Positions 30,289 through 39,425 of a DNA stretch of 64,000 bases are shown piece after piece. This DNA is from Acidobacteriota bacterium. Its GTDB lineage: Bacteria; Acidobacteriota; UBA6911. The notes beneath the pieces are model-generated. The model made no database searches. It was not told the origin of the DNA and saw only the letters and a program-made list of their open reading frames with translations. Location: the NCBI GenBank assembly GCA_963664705.1, contig OY761556.1:864001-928000 (forward strand), given 5' to 3'. The first letter of the stretch is position 1. Every line of letters starts with the position of its first letter. The position numbers and the translations under genes were made by a program.

Positions 30289-31383
30289 ATGAAGGAAGGG
30301 AATATCAGTTATCAGGAGCTATCATCTTATACGCAGCAGGTCCTCGAAAAGCTGGGCTATCCGAAGGAGCAGGCAGAGGTAACCGCATGGACCCTCGTCG
30401 AAGCGGATGCGCGCGGTGTTCCTTCTCACGGGGTAGGTCGGCTTCCTTTCTATGAATCCAATATCAAGTCAAAGTTCGTCTTTCCGGAGGCGAAGCTGGA
30501 AGTTGTGCATGAGACTCCGTTGTCTCTGACCGTGGATGGGCACAATGGCATTGGACCGTATCTTGCCAAGTATACGATGAACCAGGCGATTGAGAAGGCG
30601 AAGAAAGTCGGAGCGGGTTTTGGCGCCCTGCGGAATTCGAGCCATTTCGGAATGGCGGCATTGTGGGCTGAAATGGCCACCAATGAGGGTTTCATCGGCA
30701 TGTCTTTTACCAACACAAGAATCTGTTCGGTTGTTACCTACGGGAAGGAACGCATTCTGGGAACAAACCCGATCTGCTTTGCGATCCCTTCTGCCGGAAA
30801 AGTACCGTTTATTCTGGATATGGCGACCACCACAACGGCGCATGGCAAAGTAGAAGTGTATGAACGCCGCAACAAGCCGATGCCTTTGGGTTGGGTCGTA
30901 GATGAAAATGGAAATGACACGAGCGATACGATTGAATTCCAGAAGCTGTATCGCAGCACGAACCCGAATGGCGGCCATTTGTTCCTCGGCGGTGCCGGGG
31001 AAGAGTTGGGCGGACACAAGGGTTATGGTCTTGGACTTTTCGTAGATCTTCTCTGCGCCGGTATGTCCATGGGTGCGTGGAGCAAAGAGACCTTCAGCAA
31101 AACCAATGGCTGCTGCGTGGCCAGCTTCTTCGCCGCGATCCGCACCGATCTTTTTGGGAATGCAAAGGACATTGCCGACCATGTCGAATCGATTCTGGAA
31201 GGCGTCCGCACCAGCAACAAGGCAGCAGGGCATGACAGGATTTACGTCCATGGCGAAAAGGAAATTGAAAAGCGCGCGGAATCCATGGTCGACGGAGTAA
31301 GCTTGGAGGATACCGAATGGAAGATGCTTGCCGGCTATGCCGAGAGATTCGGCTTTAAGAAGCTGGAGCCATGCAAGGCTTAG
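30289..31383 (+). CDS. Second Ldh_2 family dehydrogenase
   Basis: GVPSHG, RNSSHFG, GTNPI, DMAT and GGHKGYGL motifs. AAGGAGG RBS. Confidence 0.92.
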   Translation: MKEGNISYQELSSYTQQVLEKLGYPKEQAEVTAWTLVEADARGVPSHGVGRLPFYESNIKSKFVFPEAKLEVVHETPLSLTVDGHNGIGPYLAKYTMNQAIEKAKKVGAGFGALRNSSHFGMAALWAEMATNEGFIGMSFTNTRICSVVTYGKERILGTNPICFAIPSAGKVPFILDMATTTTAHGKVEVYERRNKPMPLGWVVDENGNDTSDTIEFQKLYRSTNPNGGHLFLGGAGEELGGHKGYGLGLFVDLLCAGMSMGAWSKETFSKTNGCCVASFFAAIRTDLFGNAKDIADHVESILEGVRTSNKAAGHDRIYVHGEKEIEKRAESMVDGVSLEDTEWKMLAGYAERFGFKKLEPCKA

Positions 31384-31423
31384 GAAAAGGTATCCGCTAA
31401 GTTTCATCTGGTGTTAGGTTTCA

Positions 31424-31467
31424 GGCAGCCGCCAAGAAGTTGATTCTCAGCGGCTGCCCCTTTTTTT
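31424..31467 (+). terminator. Rho-independent terminator
   Basis: ggcagccgc/gcggctgcc stem followed by T7. Confidence 0.75.
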
Positions 31468-31478
31468 GCAAAAAAATT

Positions 31479-31552
31479 GTTCCGAAGTACGAAATTCGTT
31501 GACACGTCGTGGAATTGCACCTACAATGGAACGCGATTCCGCATAATGGAAC
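31479..31552 (+). promoter_or_regulatory. Sigma70 promoter flanked by two operators
   Basis: GTTCCG-AAGTA-CGAAAT (31479-31495), TTGACA (31499-31504), 17 bp spacer, TACAAT (31522-31527), ATTCCG-CATAA-TGGAAC (31536-31552). Confidence 0.8.
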
Positions 31553-31576
31553 AGAACATTGGAGGATTTATTAACT

Positions 31577-31951
31577 ATGGAAAACAAGCCGCAAGTATTG
31601 CCATTTAAAGCAGCCGCTGACGTGCAGGGAGAATTCAGAACGCCTCCGCGCACATCCAAGCTCTTACTAGCTCCCAAGTTCGGGGGCGTTAAGAACGTAT
31701 CGATGGGTATGAATATCACAGAAGTCGGAAGCCAGATCCCCGACCACGTCCATGATGAATCCGAGGAAGTTCTGTTCCTGATCAGCGGGAAGGCGCGGAT
31801 TGTGATTGAAGGGGTAGGATCCTGGGAAATCGGACCGGAAACCGCCTTCTACTCACCGCTTGGTGTAAAGCACAGAGTAGAAAACATCGGTGACGAGCCG
31901 CTTCGAATAGTCTGGTGCTATTGTCCACCTTTGCCGTCTCATTGCAGTTAA
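31577..31951 (+). CDS. Cupin domain protein
   Basis: PDHVH...EE..F.ISG and P.GVKH..EN.G metal-binding motifs. GGAGG RBS. Confidence 0.9.
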   Translation: MENKPQVLPFKAAADVQGEFRTPPRTSKLLLAPKFGGVKNVSMGMNITEVGSQIPDHVHDESEEVLFLISGKARIVIEGVGSWEIGPETAFYSPLGVKHRVENIGDEPLRIVWCYCPPLPSHCS

Positions 31952-31981
31952 TTTCCATATTTTTTTAAGGAGATTTTAGTC

Positions 31982-32902
31982 ATGATTTTCGATGCAACAC
32001 GTAAGGCCATGAAAAAGCTCGGGCTGCCGGAAGGCGATGCCTTCGATATGCCCTCTTCAACCAAGAGATTTCCTGATGGCGCAGCATTCCGTATTGAATG
32101 CCCGACCGTCAATTCCTCGGAAACGGTTGCCGCCCTTCTGGACACCGCCGACAAAACCGGCGTTACCATCAACCGTATCACTGAAACCTACGGGATGTTC
32201 CGCCACACCGCAACGGAAATCAAAGAATACTGCAAGCTGTGCCACGATTATGGCTGCGAACTGCTGCTTTCCACCGGCCCCCGCGCAACATATGACACGG
32301 GCGCAACGGTTCTCTCTTCGCAGGGTGTTCGCGTAGGCTATCGTCTCCGTGGTCAGGAACAGCTGATCCGCGCCATCGAAGACATCAAGCGCGGCTATGA
32401 GCTCGGCTGCCGTGGCTTCCTGGTTTATGATGAAGGCATGCTGTGGGTTGCCAACGAAATGCGCAAAAACGGCGACCTCCCGAAGGACATCGTATTCAAG
32501 TGCTCCGCTCACCTTGGCCATTGCAACCCGGCGTCCATGAAGCTCCTGAAGGACCTCGGCGCAGACAGCATCAACCCGATCCGCGATCTGCAGATCCCGA
32601 TGCACTCTGCCATCCGCCAGGCCATCGGCGACACGCCACTTGACATCCACATGGACAACCCTCCGGGATCCGGCGGATTCATCCGCGTGTTTGAAGCCCC
32701 CGAGATCGTCCGCGTAGCCGCTCCGCTGCACTGCAAAACCGGTAACTCCGTTATCGGCGGCCACGGCGAAATGACTGGCGCTTCCGAAGGAAAGAAAATG
32801 GCCAACCAGGCCACCATCGTTGTTGAAATGATCACCCGGTACGCTCCAGAGCTCAAACAGTCCGGCAAGCGAGCCAAGGATATGTGTATTCCTGTTGTGT
32901 AA
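31982..32902 (+). CDS. U32-peptidase-like TIM-barrel protein of unknown function
   Basis: RFPDGA.FRIE.P, GPRA.YD.G, G.RGFLV.DEG, LGADSINP and GGF.R motifs. AAGGAG RBS. Confidence 0.75.
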   Translation: MIFDATRKAMKKLGLPEGDAFDMPSSTKRFPDGAAFRIECPTVNSSETVAALLDTADKTGVTINRITETYGMFRHTATEIKEYCKLCHDYGCELLLSTGPRATYDTGATVLSSQGVRVGYRLRGQEQLIRAIEDIKRGYELGCRGFLVYDEGMLWVANEMRKNGDLPKDIVFKCSAHLGHCNPASMKLLKDLGADSINPIRDLQIPMHSAIRQAIGDTPLDIHMDNPPGSGGFIRVFEAPEIVRVAAPLHCKTGNSVIGGHGEMTGASEGKKMANQATIVVEMITRYAPELKQSGKRAKDMCIPVV

Positions 32903-32951
32903 GACTGAACCTTGTTCCGCGGACGTCAGTTCCGCAGATTAGGAGGATGTC

Positions 32952-33935
32952 ATGGGTAGTAAATGGGGAGAATGGGGTAAGTGGGAATTGCCGTCGAAAG
33001 GCGGCCACATGGAGACCCCCGGAGTATATCTCCAGACCATGAACATGACGCAGATCAACGACCGTCTCAAGACAAACGATCTGATCATTGTCCCGATCGG
33101 AAGCACGGAATGTCATGGGGCGGCTCAGCCTATCGGCGAAGACACCTTCCTCGTCACGCGCATGGCCGAACAGGTCGCCGCGAAGATGGGGTGCACGATC
33201 GCAATGCCGGTCTGGTACGGATCTCATCCGTTCAACCATCTTGGCATGCCGGGCACGGTTGTCGTTCCCGAGGACGCATTTCTGGCAAACCTGCGAGCCA
33301 TTATTGCCGGCTTGTGGAATATGGGCTTCAGAAAGCAGATTTTTCTGAACGGCCATGGCCAGGAGGAAGTCATTCCACTCGCACTCCATCAGTGGGCGAA
33401 GAAGTACCAGGTTCCATCAGTTCTGGTTTCGCTGCACTGGGAGACAGTCATTCATGACCATCTCAGAACCAAAGAGTTCGGCGGACCTTTCGAGACGCAG
33501 TTCTCACATGCGGACGAAGCGGAAGCTTCTTACTCGCTGGCGCTTTTCCCTGAGTTCTGCGACATGAAGCTGGCTGTGGACAACAAACCCTCTGGATTCA
33601 TTCCCAAGGGGCACGTGGACGGTGGCGGCGAAGTGTATCATCGACCCATCCGCGGCCACGAGCATGTTGGCCTGAGTGGTACGGAAGTGAATGTTTATCC
33701 GGAAGGCGTTATCGGACATCCGACGCTTGCCAGTGCGGATAAGGCCTATGCAGGTCTTAACGAGCTGTTGGATTATATGTGCAAGCTGATCACCGATATC
33801 ATGACCGCCTTCCCGGCCGGTAAATTGCCTCCGGCTGAAAAGACTACTCAGCGCGATCCGAAGGAAATTGAAGCGCTCCTGAAGGGCCCGCTGAATGGTG
33901 GAAAGCATCTCTATACGATCGCTTATCCCCCATAG
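32952..33935 (+). CDS. iolN: Creatininase-family hydrolase resembling IolN (3-dehydro-scyllo-inosose hydrolase)
   Basis: GSTECHG..GEDT, NGHGQE, HADEAE, YPEGV.G and FPAGKLPPAE match Thermotoga IolN as I recall it. Confidence 0.8.
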   Translation: MGSKWGEWGKWELPSKGGHMETPGVYLQTMNMTQINDRLKTNDLIIVPIGSTECHGAAQPIGEDTFLVTRMAEQVAAKMGCTIAMPVWYGSHPFNHLGMPGTVVVPEDAFLANLRAIIAGLWNMGFRKQIFLNGHGQEEVIPLALHQWAKKYQVPSVLVSLHWETVIHDHLRTKEFGGPFETQFSHADEAEASYSLALFPEFCDMKLAVDNKPSGFIPKGHVDGGGEVYHRPIRGHEHVGLSGTEVNVYPEGVIGHPTLASADKAYAGLNELLDYMCKLITDIMTAFPAGKLPPAEKTTQRDPKEIEALLKGPLNGGKHLYTIAYPP

Positions 33936-33996
33936 GCTTTTGCGCAGTTGTTGTAAAGGGGGCGCCGTTTGCCCCCTGCTTTTCTGATAAGGATGG

Positions 33997-34043
33997 CCTG
34001 GGGGTTGCGGCGATTTTTCCGGCAGCCCCCAGGGAGTTTTTTT
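33997..34043 (+). terminator. Rho-independent terminator; a second weaker hairpin lies at about 33957-33984
   Basis: cctgggggttgc / gcagcccccagg stem followed by T7. Confidence 0.7.
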
Positions 34044-34107
34044 AGCAGCGTGTCATCATAAAAAGCAGAGCGTCTTTAGGATACCAAGATCTCAAAGGAG
34101 GTTTGAT

Positions 34108-34899
34108 TTGTCCCAGTCTGTACGCTCCGTTGAAAGAGCTCTGGATATTCTGCTCTGCTTTACACGCGAAGAACCTACTCGTTCTCTGACCCAGATTGCC
34201 GAGTCGGTCCACATGTCCAAAACCACTGTGCACCGGCTCCTGACCACGCTCGAGAACAAGCGCTTTATTACCAGAGACAAAGTTACAGGTCTATACCGGC
34301 TCGGCTTCTGCTTTATCGAAATGGCCTCGCTGGTTCTTCAGGATGTCGAGCTGCATCGTTGGGCTCAGCCATACCTGAAGCGCCTTTCTTCTGATTTTGG
34401 AGAAACGGTGGATCTCTCTATCCTGGAGGGATCCCATGTGATCTACCTCGAGGTCATTGAGAGTCCCCAAAGGGTCAAATTGGCTGCAGCGGTCGGACAG
34501 CGGCTGCCGGCTTTTTTTACAGCATCCGGAAAAGCCCTGCTCGCCTTTCTTCCCGGGGAACAAGTTCGAAAAATCATCAACGAAAACCTGGCCGAATCCT
34601 CTAATCACGCATCAATGGCCTTAGAGGACGTGATGGCGGATTTGAAAGCTACTTCAGAACGTGGCTATGCCATTTCTGAGCAGGAATACGAAGAGGCTAT
34701 CAACGCCGTCGCTGCCCCGATTTTTGACGCCGACAAGCATCCCATTGCGTCGATAGCGATTGTCGGCCCATCCTATCGGCTTACCAAGGAACGTCTGCCT
34801 TTACTCGGAGAAGCGCTTTGCAATATGACTCGCGCAATTTCGAGCGAAGTAGGGATGGTTGCCCTCTCCGCAATCGTCAACAAGACTCGCCCCCGATGA
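34108..34899 (+). CDS. IclR family transcriptional regulator
   Basis: SVERALDIL, KTTVHRLL.TL, TASGKALLA, RGYA and AAPIF motifs. TTG start with AAGGAGG RBS. Confidence 0.95.
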   Translation: MSQSVRSVERALDILLCFTREEPTRSLTQIAESVHMSKTTVHRLLTTLENKRFITRDKVTGLYRLGFCFIEMASLVLQDVELHRWAQPYLKRLSSDFGETVDLSILEGSHVIYLEVIESPQRVKLAAAVGQRLPAFFTASGKALLAFLPGEQVRKIINENLAESSNHASMALEDVMADLKATSERGYAISEQEYEEAINAVAAPIFDADKHPIASIAIVGPSYRLTKERLPLLGEALCNMTRAISSEVGMVALSAIVNKTRPR

Positions 34900-34962
34900 A
34901 CTGAGCGCGCCGCCGCTTCCCCCTTATGATTGCCAAGGCTGGAGTGGCCCGGTACTCAGATG

Positions 34963-36591
34963 TCAATCCATTCCATAAGTGATTTTTGTTTCTGAACCGC
35001 GGATAGCAATGTTCGCGAACTGGGCCCTGAGCCGATAAATCCTGCTTCCGTGGATCTGCGCTTCTGGAACATACATCTCGTTGATCAGACTCTGGAATAT
35101 AGGATATTTATCGATCGTCGCGACCTTCTGCACGTCCGCAATCAGCAGCGGTTTGGTCGCGCGAATAAACTCTGCCGTCCGGAACTGGTTTGCCGGATCG
35201 CCTGCGTGTGGAGGATAGTCGTCGGCTATATCATAATCCATCCATCCGGTTACCGTCTGTCTTTGGGCAAGGAATAGGAGCTGCGGCTTCGACCCCCAGA
35301 TGAATATCTTATCTCCAGGCGAAGATGTCGACCTGATGTAGGCGGCGATTTCCCGGTTGCTCTTTTCTTCGTGCCCCATCTCCCAGAGTTTTATCTGGTG
35401 CAGTTTGGGGAACGGAAGCGCCAGCCAGTTTATGAGGGTTCGTGAGTGGAACCAGACGACTGAGATCAGAAATGCGGTGCCGCAAATCTTAAGAGGCCTT
35501 CGCAGGCTTTGTTGGTTTCTGTGCTGCCACAGGTAGTTCAATCCCAGTCCCCCGAGGAGGGACAAAGGGGGCATCCATTGCAGAAAGTAGTTCGCATAAT
35601 AGCGTCTTCCAGCAACAACTCCAGCGAAAGCAGCGATGCTCCAGCAAATCAGGAACAGATAGGCCCTGGAGTTTTCGCCCCGTGACTTCCGGCTCATCCA
35701 CATCAGGATGACAAGCCATGCAAAGATAAGTCCGAAGGCGATCGTCACGCGAATTGATTTGCCGAAAAAGGAGGCGATGTTGATTCTGCCGACATACCGG
35801 AAAGCATAAAGAATGGCCTGATCCCACCATGCCATCAAAATTCCCGTGTGGAAGAGCCATCCTGTGAACAATGCCAGGCAGGAAAACACTCCGGAAACAA
35901 GGACGAAAGCAGAATAAAGAGTTTCCTTAACCGAGCGCTCATTGCCAAAAAAGAGAAATATGGCCAGCAGCGCCGCTTCAGGCGCCGACACCGGTTTTGT
36001 CAGAAATGCGCAACAGGCGAAAAATCCCGCTGCAAAAAAGGCCGGTCTGCGGCCGTGAATCAGGGCATGAAGGTAGAACAATACGGCAAGGGAGGTAAAA
36101 ACCACCATCAGGGTTTCGGTGTTCATTCCGATAATTCGTGGGATGTAGTATGTCGTGCTGGCGAAGGCATGAATGATGGCGGCCGCGGCTCCCGCGCCCC
36201 GGGAGAAAAACTTTGCTCCCAATAGATACAGCAGGATAGAGGTCATCCACACCAGCAGGAGGGCTCCGATGTGAATAGCCGTCATACTGGGTCCGAATAT
36301 CTTGAAGAGAAATGCGCAGAACCAGAAGATCGGCGGATTCTTGTCCAGCGCGATATCGAGATAAAGCCGGCCTCCCTGATGCAGGACATTCGCGCCATTG
36401 GCCCAGTGGGCCTCATCCACGAAAATGAAGTCGTACTGAAAATACGGAAGCCTTAGGAATGCCGAGATGAAGACACTAAGAACGACCAGTAGAAGGTATT
36501 TGTGCCTTTCGGCCCAACTCAACAACTGACGAGACACTTCTTCCAAAGCAAGCTCCACTGCATGGACTGGTTTCGATTTGCGCTCCTGCAA
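34963..36591 (-). CDS. GT-C glycosyltransferase (ArnT/PMT-like)
   Basis: DE in the first loop, LY....DKNPP motif and many TM helices. Start codon uncertain. Confidence 0.85.
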   Translation of the reverse strand: MQERKSKPVHAVELALEEVSRQLLSWAERHKYLLLVVLSVFISAFLRLPYFQYDFIFVDEAHWANGANVLHQGGRLYLDIALDKNPPIFWFCAFLFKIFGPSMTAIHIGALLLVWMTSILLYLLGAKFFSRGAGAAAAIIHAFASTTYYIPRIIGMNTETLMVVFTSLAVLFYLHALIHGRRPAFFAAGFFACCAFLTKPVSAPEAALLAIFLFFGNERSVKETLYSAFVLVSGVFSCLALFTGWLFHTGILMAWWDQAILYAFRYVGRINIASFFGKSIRVTIAFGLIFAWLVILMWMSRKSRGENSRAYLFLICWSIAAFAGVVAGRRYYANYFLQWMPPLSLLGGLGLNYLWQHRNQQSLRRPLKICGTAFLISVVWFHSRTLINWLALPFPKLHQIKLWEMGHEEKSNREIAAYIRSTSSPGDKIFIWGSKPQLLFLAQRQTVTGWMDYDIADDYPPHAGDPANQFRTAEFIRATKPLLIADVQKVATIDKYPIFQSLINEMYVPEAQIHGSRIYRLRAQFANIAIRGSETKITYGMD

Positions 36592-36650
36592 CCCGTTGAC
36601 TGAATCGTGATCATCCTACGATATTTTTAGTTGTAAAAGCGAGCGGCATT

Positions 36651-38027
36651 CTACCCTTGAACGGCAGTTTTTTTCGCGGCGATCTGCTCCTGCATTTCCA
36701 CGATGCCGGTTTCTTCCAGCTTATAACCGAGAAAGAAGGTGATGGCGGTTAAAGCATATCCAATGGATGGACCGAAGGACATTATGGAACTGATACCTTC
36801 AATGACACGCGGTGTGGGCTGTGTATTGGCCACAAATCCGATCATAATCAACCCCGCTGTCATGACAGCGCTGCGAATCAAAACGCCCATCTTGATCGGA
36901 AAGTTCATCAGCGCCATCGTAAAGGCCCTGAGGTTGATCCCGGTTTTCCATTCTCCAAAAACCACCGTGTCTGCAAATAACGCCGTATTCATCGACGTGG
37001 ATACCGACACACAGAGAACGGAAAGGCTGAAGGTCAGGGTGAATCCCCACAGATAATGGTTCAGGAATCTTGTAAGGGCAAACCCCACGGCCGCCAGTAC
37101 AAAGAACAGCCAATAGGAATGCCGTTTTCCCATTTTCAATCCAATCCATGTCGCCGCAAATGTTCCGGCAAGCCGCGAGATGCTGATGGACAGCAGGAAT
37201 ACCGAGAGAAACGCCGCATTGCCTGCCACATAAGTGAAATAGTAGATGGCCATAGCCGTAATAATGAAGAAGCTGGTGCTGCTGAAAGTCTGGGCCAGAA
37301 TAAGAACCATCAGAGGAGGATTCTTGAAAACCAGGCCCATGATTTCCTTCACCGTCAAGCCGGCATTGGGACCGGAGCCCTGGAGCGCCGTTTCGTCATA
37401 GGGGTCCTTTCCCGCAGTTTTCCAATAGATGAACCAATATCCCAGGATCATCAGGATTGCGTACACGGCTACCGTATAGGTAAATCCTGCTATTTTGTTT
37501 GTGCGTGCGGCAAAAAACGCGACCATCGGCATAGCCGATGCAGAAAAGAGAATCTGTCCGGCGGACATCCCCTGGGCGCGGCTGGTGGAAAGGATCGTTC
37601 TTTCATTCGGCAGCTGGCTGAGTCTGCCCAGCATTCCGCCCGTCGCGGAAACGACGACATTAAAAAAGAGATGGCTGGTGACAAATCCAAAGACAACAAA
37701 CAGCGCGGCCGTAGGCGTCCCGCCAATTTTGGTGAATTGAAGAATGAACAGCGGTGCAACGAGCGGTGGTCCGATCAGGAACCATGAACGGTATTTGCCT
37801 CCATATCGCAGCGTCACTTTTTGCAGGAGGACTCCACCGGCCAGGGCAAAAATGATGTCGATGATGCTGGTGAAGTGCAGGATCTGACCGGCCAGTGCGA
37901 TGGAAAATTGTGCGTAATCGGTCAGAAACGCGGCGAAGAAATATGCCTCCATGCTGATCATCGCATTGAAGAACATGTCTGGAATGCCGTAGGTGTAAAG
38001 CAGCGATTTGCTTAATCTCTCCGCCAT
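36651..38027 (-). CDS. GPH-family (Na+/melibiose-like) MFS symporter
   Basis: YG..D, FLTD, GKYR.W, ADTV.FGEWKTG and about 12 TM segments. Confidence 0.9.
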   Translation of the reverse strand: MAERLSKSLLYTYGIPDMFFNAMISMEAYFFAAFLTDYAQFSIALAGQILHFTSIIDIIFALAGGVLLQKVTLRYGGKYRSWFLIGPPLVAPLFILQFTKIGGTPTAALFVVFGFVTSHLFFNVVVSATGGMLGRLSQLPNERTILSTSRAQGMSAGQILFSASAMPMVAFFAARTNKIAGFTYTVAVYAILMILGYWFIYWKTAGKDPYDETALQGSGPNAGLTVKEIMGLVFKNPPLMVLILAQTFSSTSFFIITAMAIYYFTYVAGNAAFLSVFLLSISISRLAGTFAATWIGLKMGKRHSYWLFFVLAAVGFALTRFLNHYLWGFTLTFSLSVLCVSVSTSMNTALFADTVVFGEWKTGINLRAFTMALMNFPIKMGVLIRSAVMTAGLIMIGFVANTQPTPRVIEGISSIMSFGPSIGYALTAITFFLGYKLEETGIVEMQEQIAAKKTAVQG

Positions 38028-38080
38028 AAAACCGTTCTCCGAGGATGGATGTGCGTCCGGGAAACCGCGCCTGCCTTGAA

Positions 38081-39310
38081 TTACCGCGCGAACACGCCGT
38101 CAAAGAAAGCCCTCATTTCAGCGGCGTAGGGCACTCCATAGCGGACGAAAGTTTCTTTGGTCAGCGAATCCGGCTTCCAGTCAAAAAAAGCATGATTCGC
38201 CCCTTCCACCTGAACATAGTTCGCGGTCTGTCCGGCGGCCTTGAGCGCATCGGCATACATCTGGACCGCTTCATGGGTGATCAGCATGTCTTTGGTTCCA
38301 CGCAGCAGGTAGTGCGGGACCGCTCGTGTTTTTGCGTTGGGGATTCGATCGATGGGGGAAACCGCCCGCAGCCAGGATTCGTCCGGAAAACTGCCGGCGA
38401 AGCTCTTCAGAAGAGATCCGCTAAATACGCCATAGCTGGGAGCAGCGGCTTTGACCGCCTGTGTGATTTCCTTCCGAACCTGAGCCGCAGTTTTTCCTTT
38501 GGGCATGTAGCTCGGCATGAATTCAAATACCCCTGGCTTTTTCCCGAAACCGCCGTCTCCGATAAATTCGGTCATATCAATCGCTGCCGCGGAGAGATGC
38601 CCTCCGGCGCTGTCTCCCGTCACACCTATGCGCGCGGGATCACACCCGTACTCGCTGCAGTGTTCCTGGATGTGCGCGATGGCGCCATATACATCCTCAA
38701 TCAGATTCGCCAATGTGTTGGGCGTTTTATCGCCATCCAGCTTATCTACCCATCGATAGTCTATGCTGACCGCTACATATCGATGGTCCTTGATTAACTC
38801 TCTTGCCAGCCCGCGCATGATATCTTCCGTATTCGTGGACCAACCGCCCCCGTGAATAATGACGATGCAGGGCAGTTTTTTTGCGCCTTCGGGCGAGAAT
38901 ACATCGTACTTGAGTTTTTTGGCGCCCGGCTGCGCATACACCACATCCTGGATAACCTTGTAGCCGCGCGCCTTTTCTTTTTCTATGAAGGAAGCACCAA
39001 TGAATTTGTCCTGGTCCACGGTCACTTGGAATACCGGAGTCATGGATTCATAGAACATTTTTCCCCATTTGCCTGGAGTGGCGTAGTACCCGCTGTCAAA
39101 AGCATATCCTTCGGCCGGTGTGGCCGTTACGGTGAGAACGGAGCCGGCCGGCATCCTGCCATCTGCCGGCAGGGCGGGATCCATTCGAATACTTCCGTTT
39201 GCTGGGGTATCCAGCTTTATAGAAAAGGTTTTTTGCGAATCGGTTTCCTGTCCGGGGAATGCGGGAATGGAGAAGACCAGGAACAACACAAGGGCATAGG
39301 CCATTTTCAT
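38081..39310 (-). CDS. Secreted alpha/beta hydrolase (HSL-like esterase) with an N-terminal B-repeat-like domain
   Basis: Signal peptide, TATPAEGY.F, HGGGW, GDSAGG, G.KD and GANH motifs. Confidence 0.9.
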   Translation of the reverse strand: MKMAYALVLFLVFSIPAFPGQETDSQKTFSIKLDTPANGSIRMDPALPADGRMPAGSVLTVTATPAEGYAFDSGYYATPGKWGKMFYESMTPVFQVTVDQDKFIGASFIEKEKARGYKVIQDVVYAQPGAKKLKYDVFSPEGAKKLPCIVIIHGGGWSTNTEDIMRGLARELIKDHRYVAVSIDYRWVDKLDGDKTPNTLANLIEDVYGAIAHIQEHCSEYGCDPARIGVTGDSAGGHLSAAAIDMTEFIGDGGFGKKPGVFEFMPSYMPKGKTAAQVRKEITQAVKAAAPSYGVFSGSLLKSFAGSFPDESWLRAVSPIDRIPNAKTRAVPHYLLRGTKDMLITHEAVQMYADALKAAGQTANYVQVEGANHAFFDWKPDSLTKETFVRYGVPYAAEMRAFFDGVFAR

Positions 39311-39425
39311 AAATAGGTCCTGTTGGTGGCGGTTGTTGAAATTGTTCGTCCATCAAGATAGTGGATTTCTGAGCCGGAGTCATGTACAAGATATAAAAAG
39401 CAGTTTTTTTATTGCCGGGTGTTCC

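Noticed and set aside
31982-32902. Collagenase or UbiU/TrhP-type hydroxylase assignment for the U32-like protein
   Set aside because: The C-terminal Fe-S Cys cluster motif of those proteins is not evident and the context is catabolic, so the function is left unassigned.
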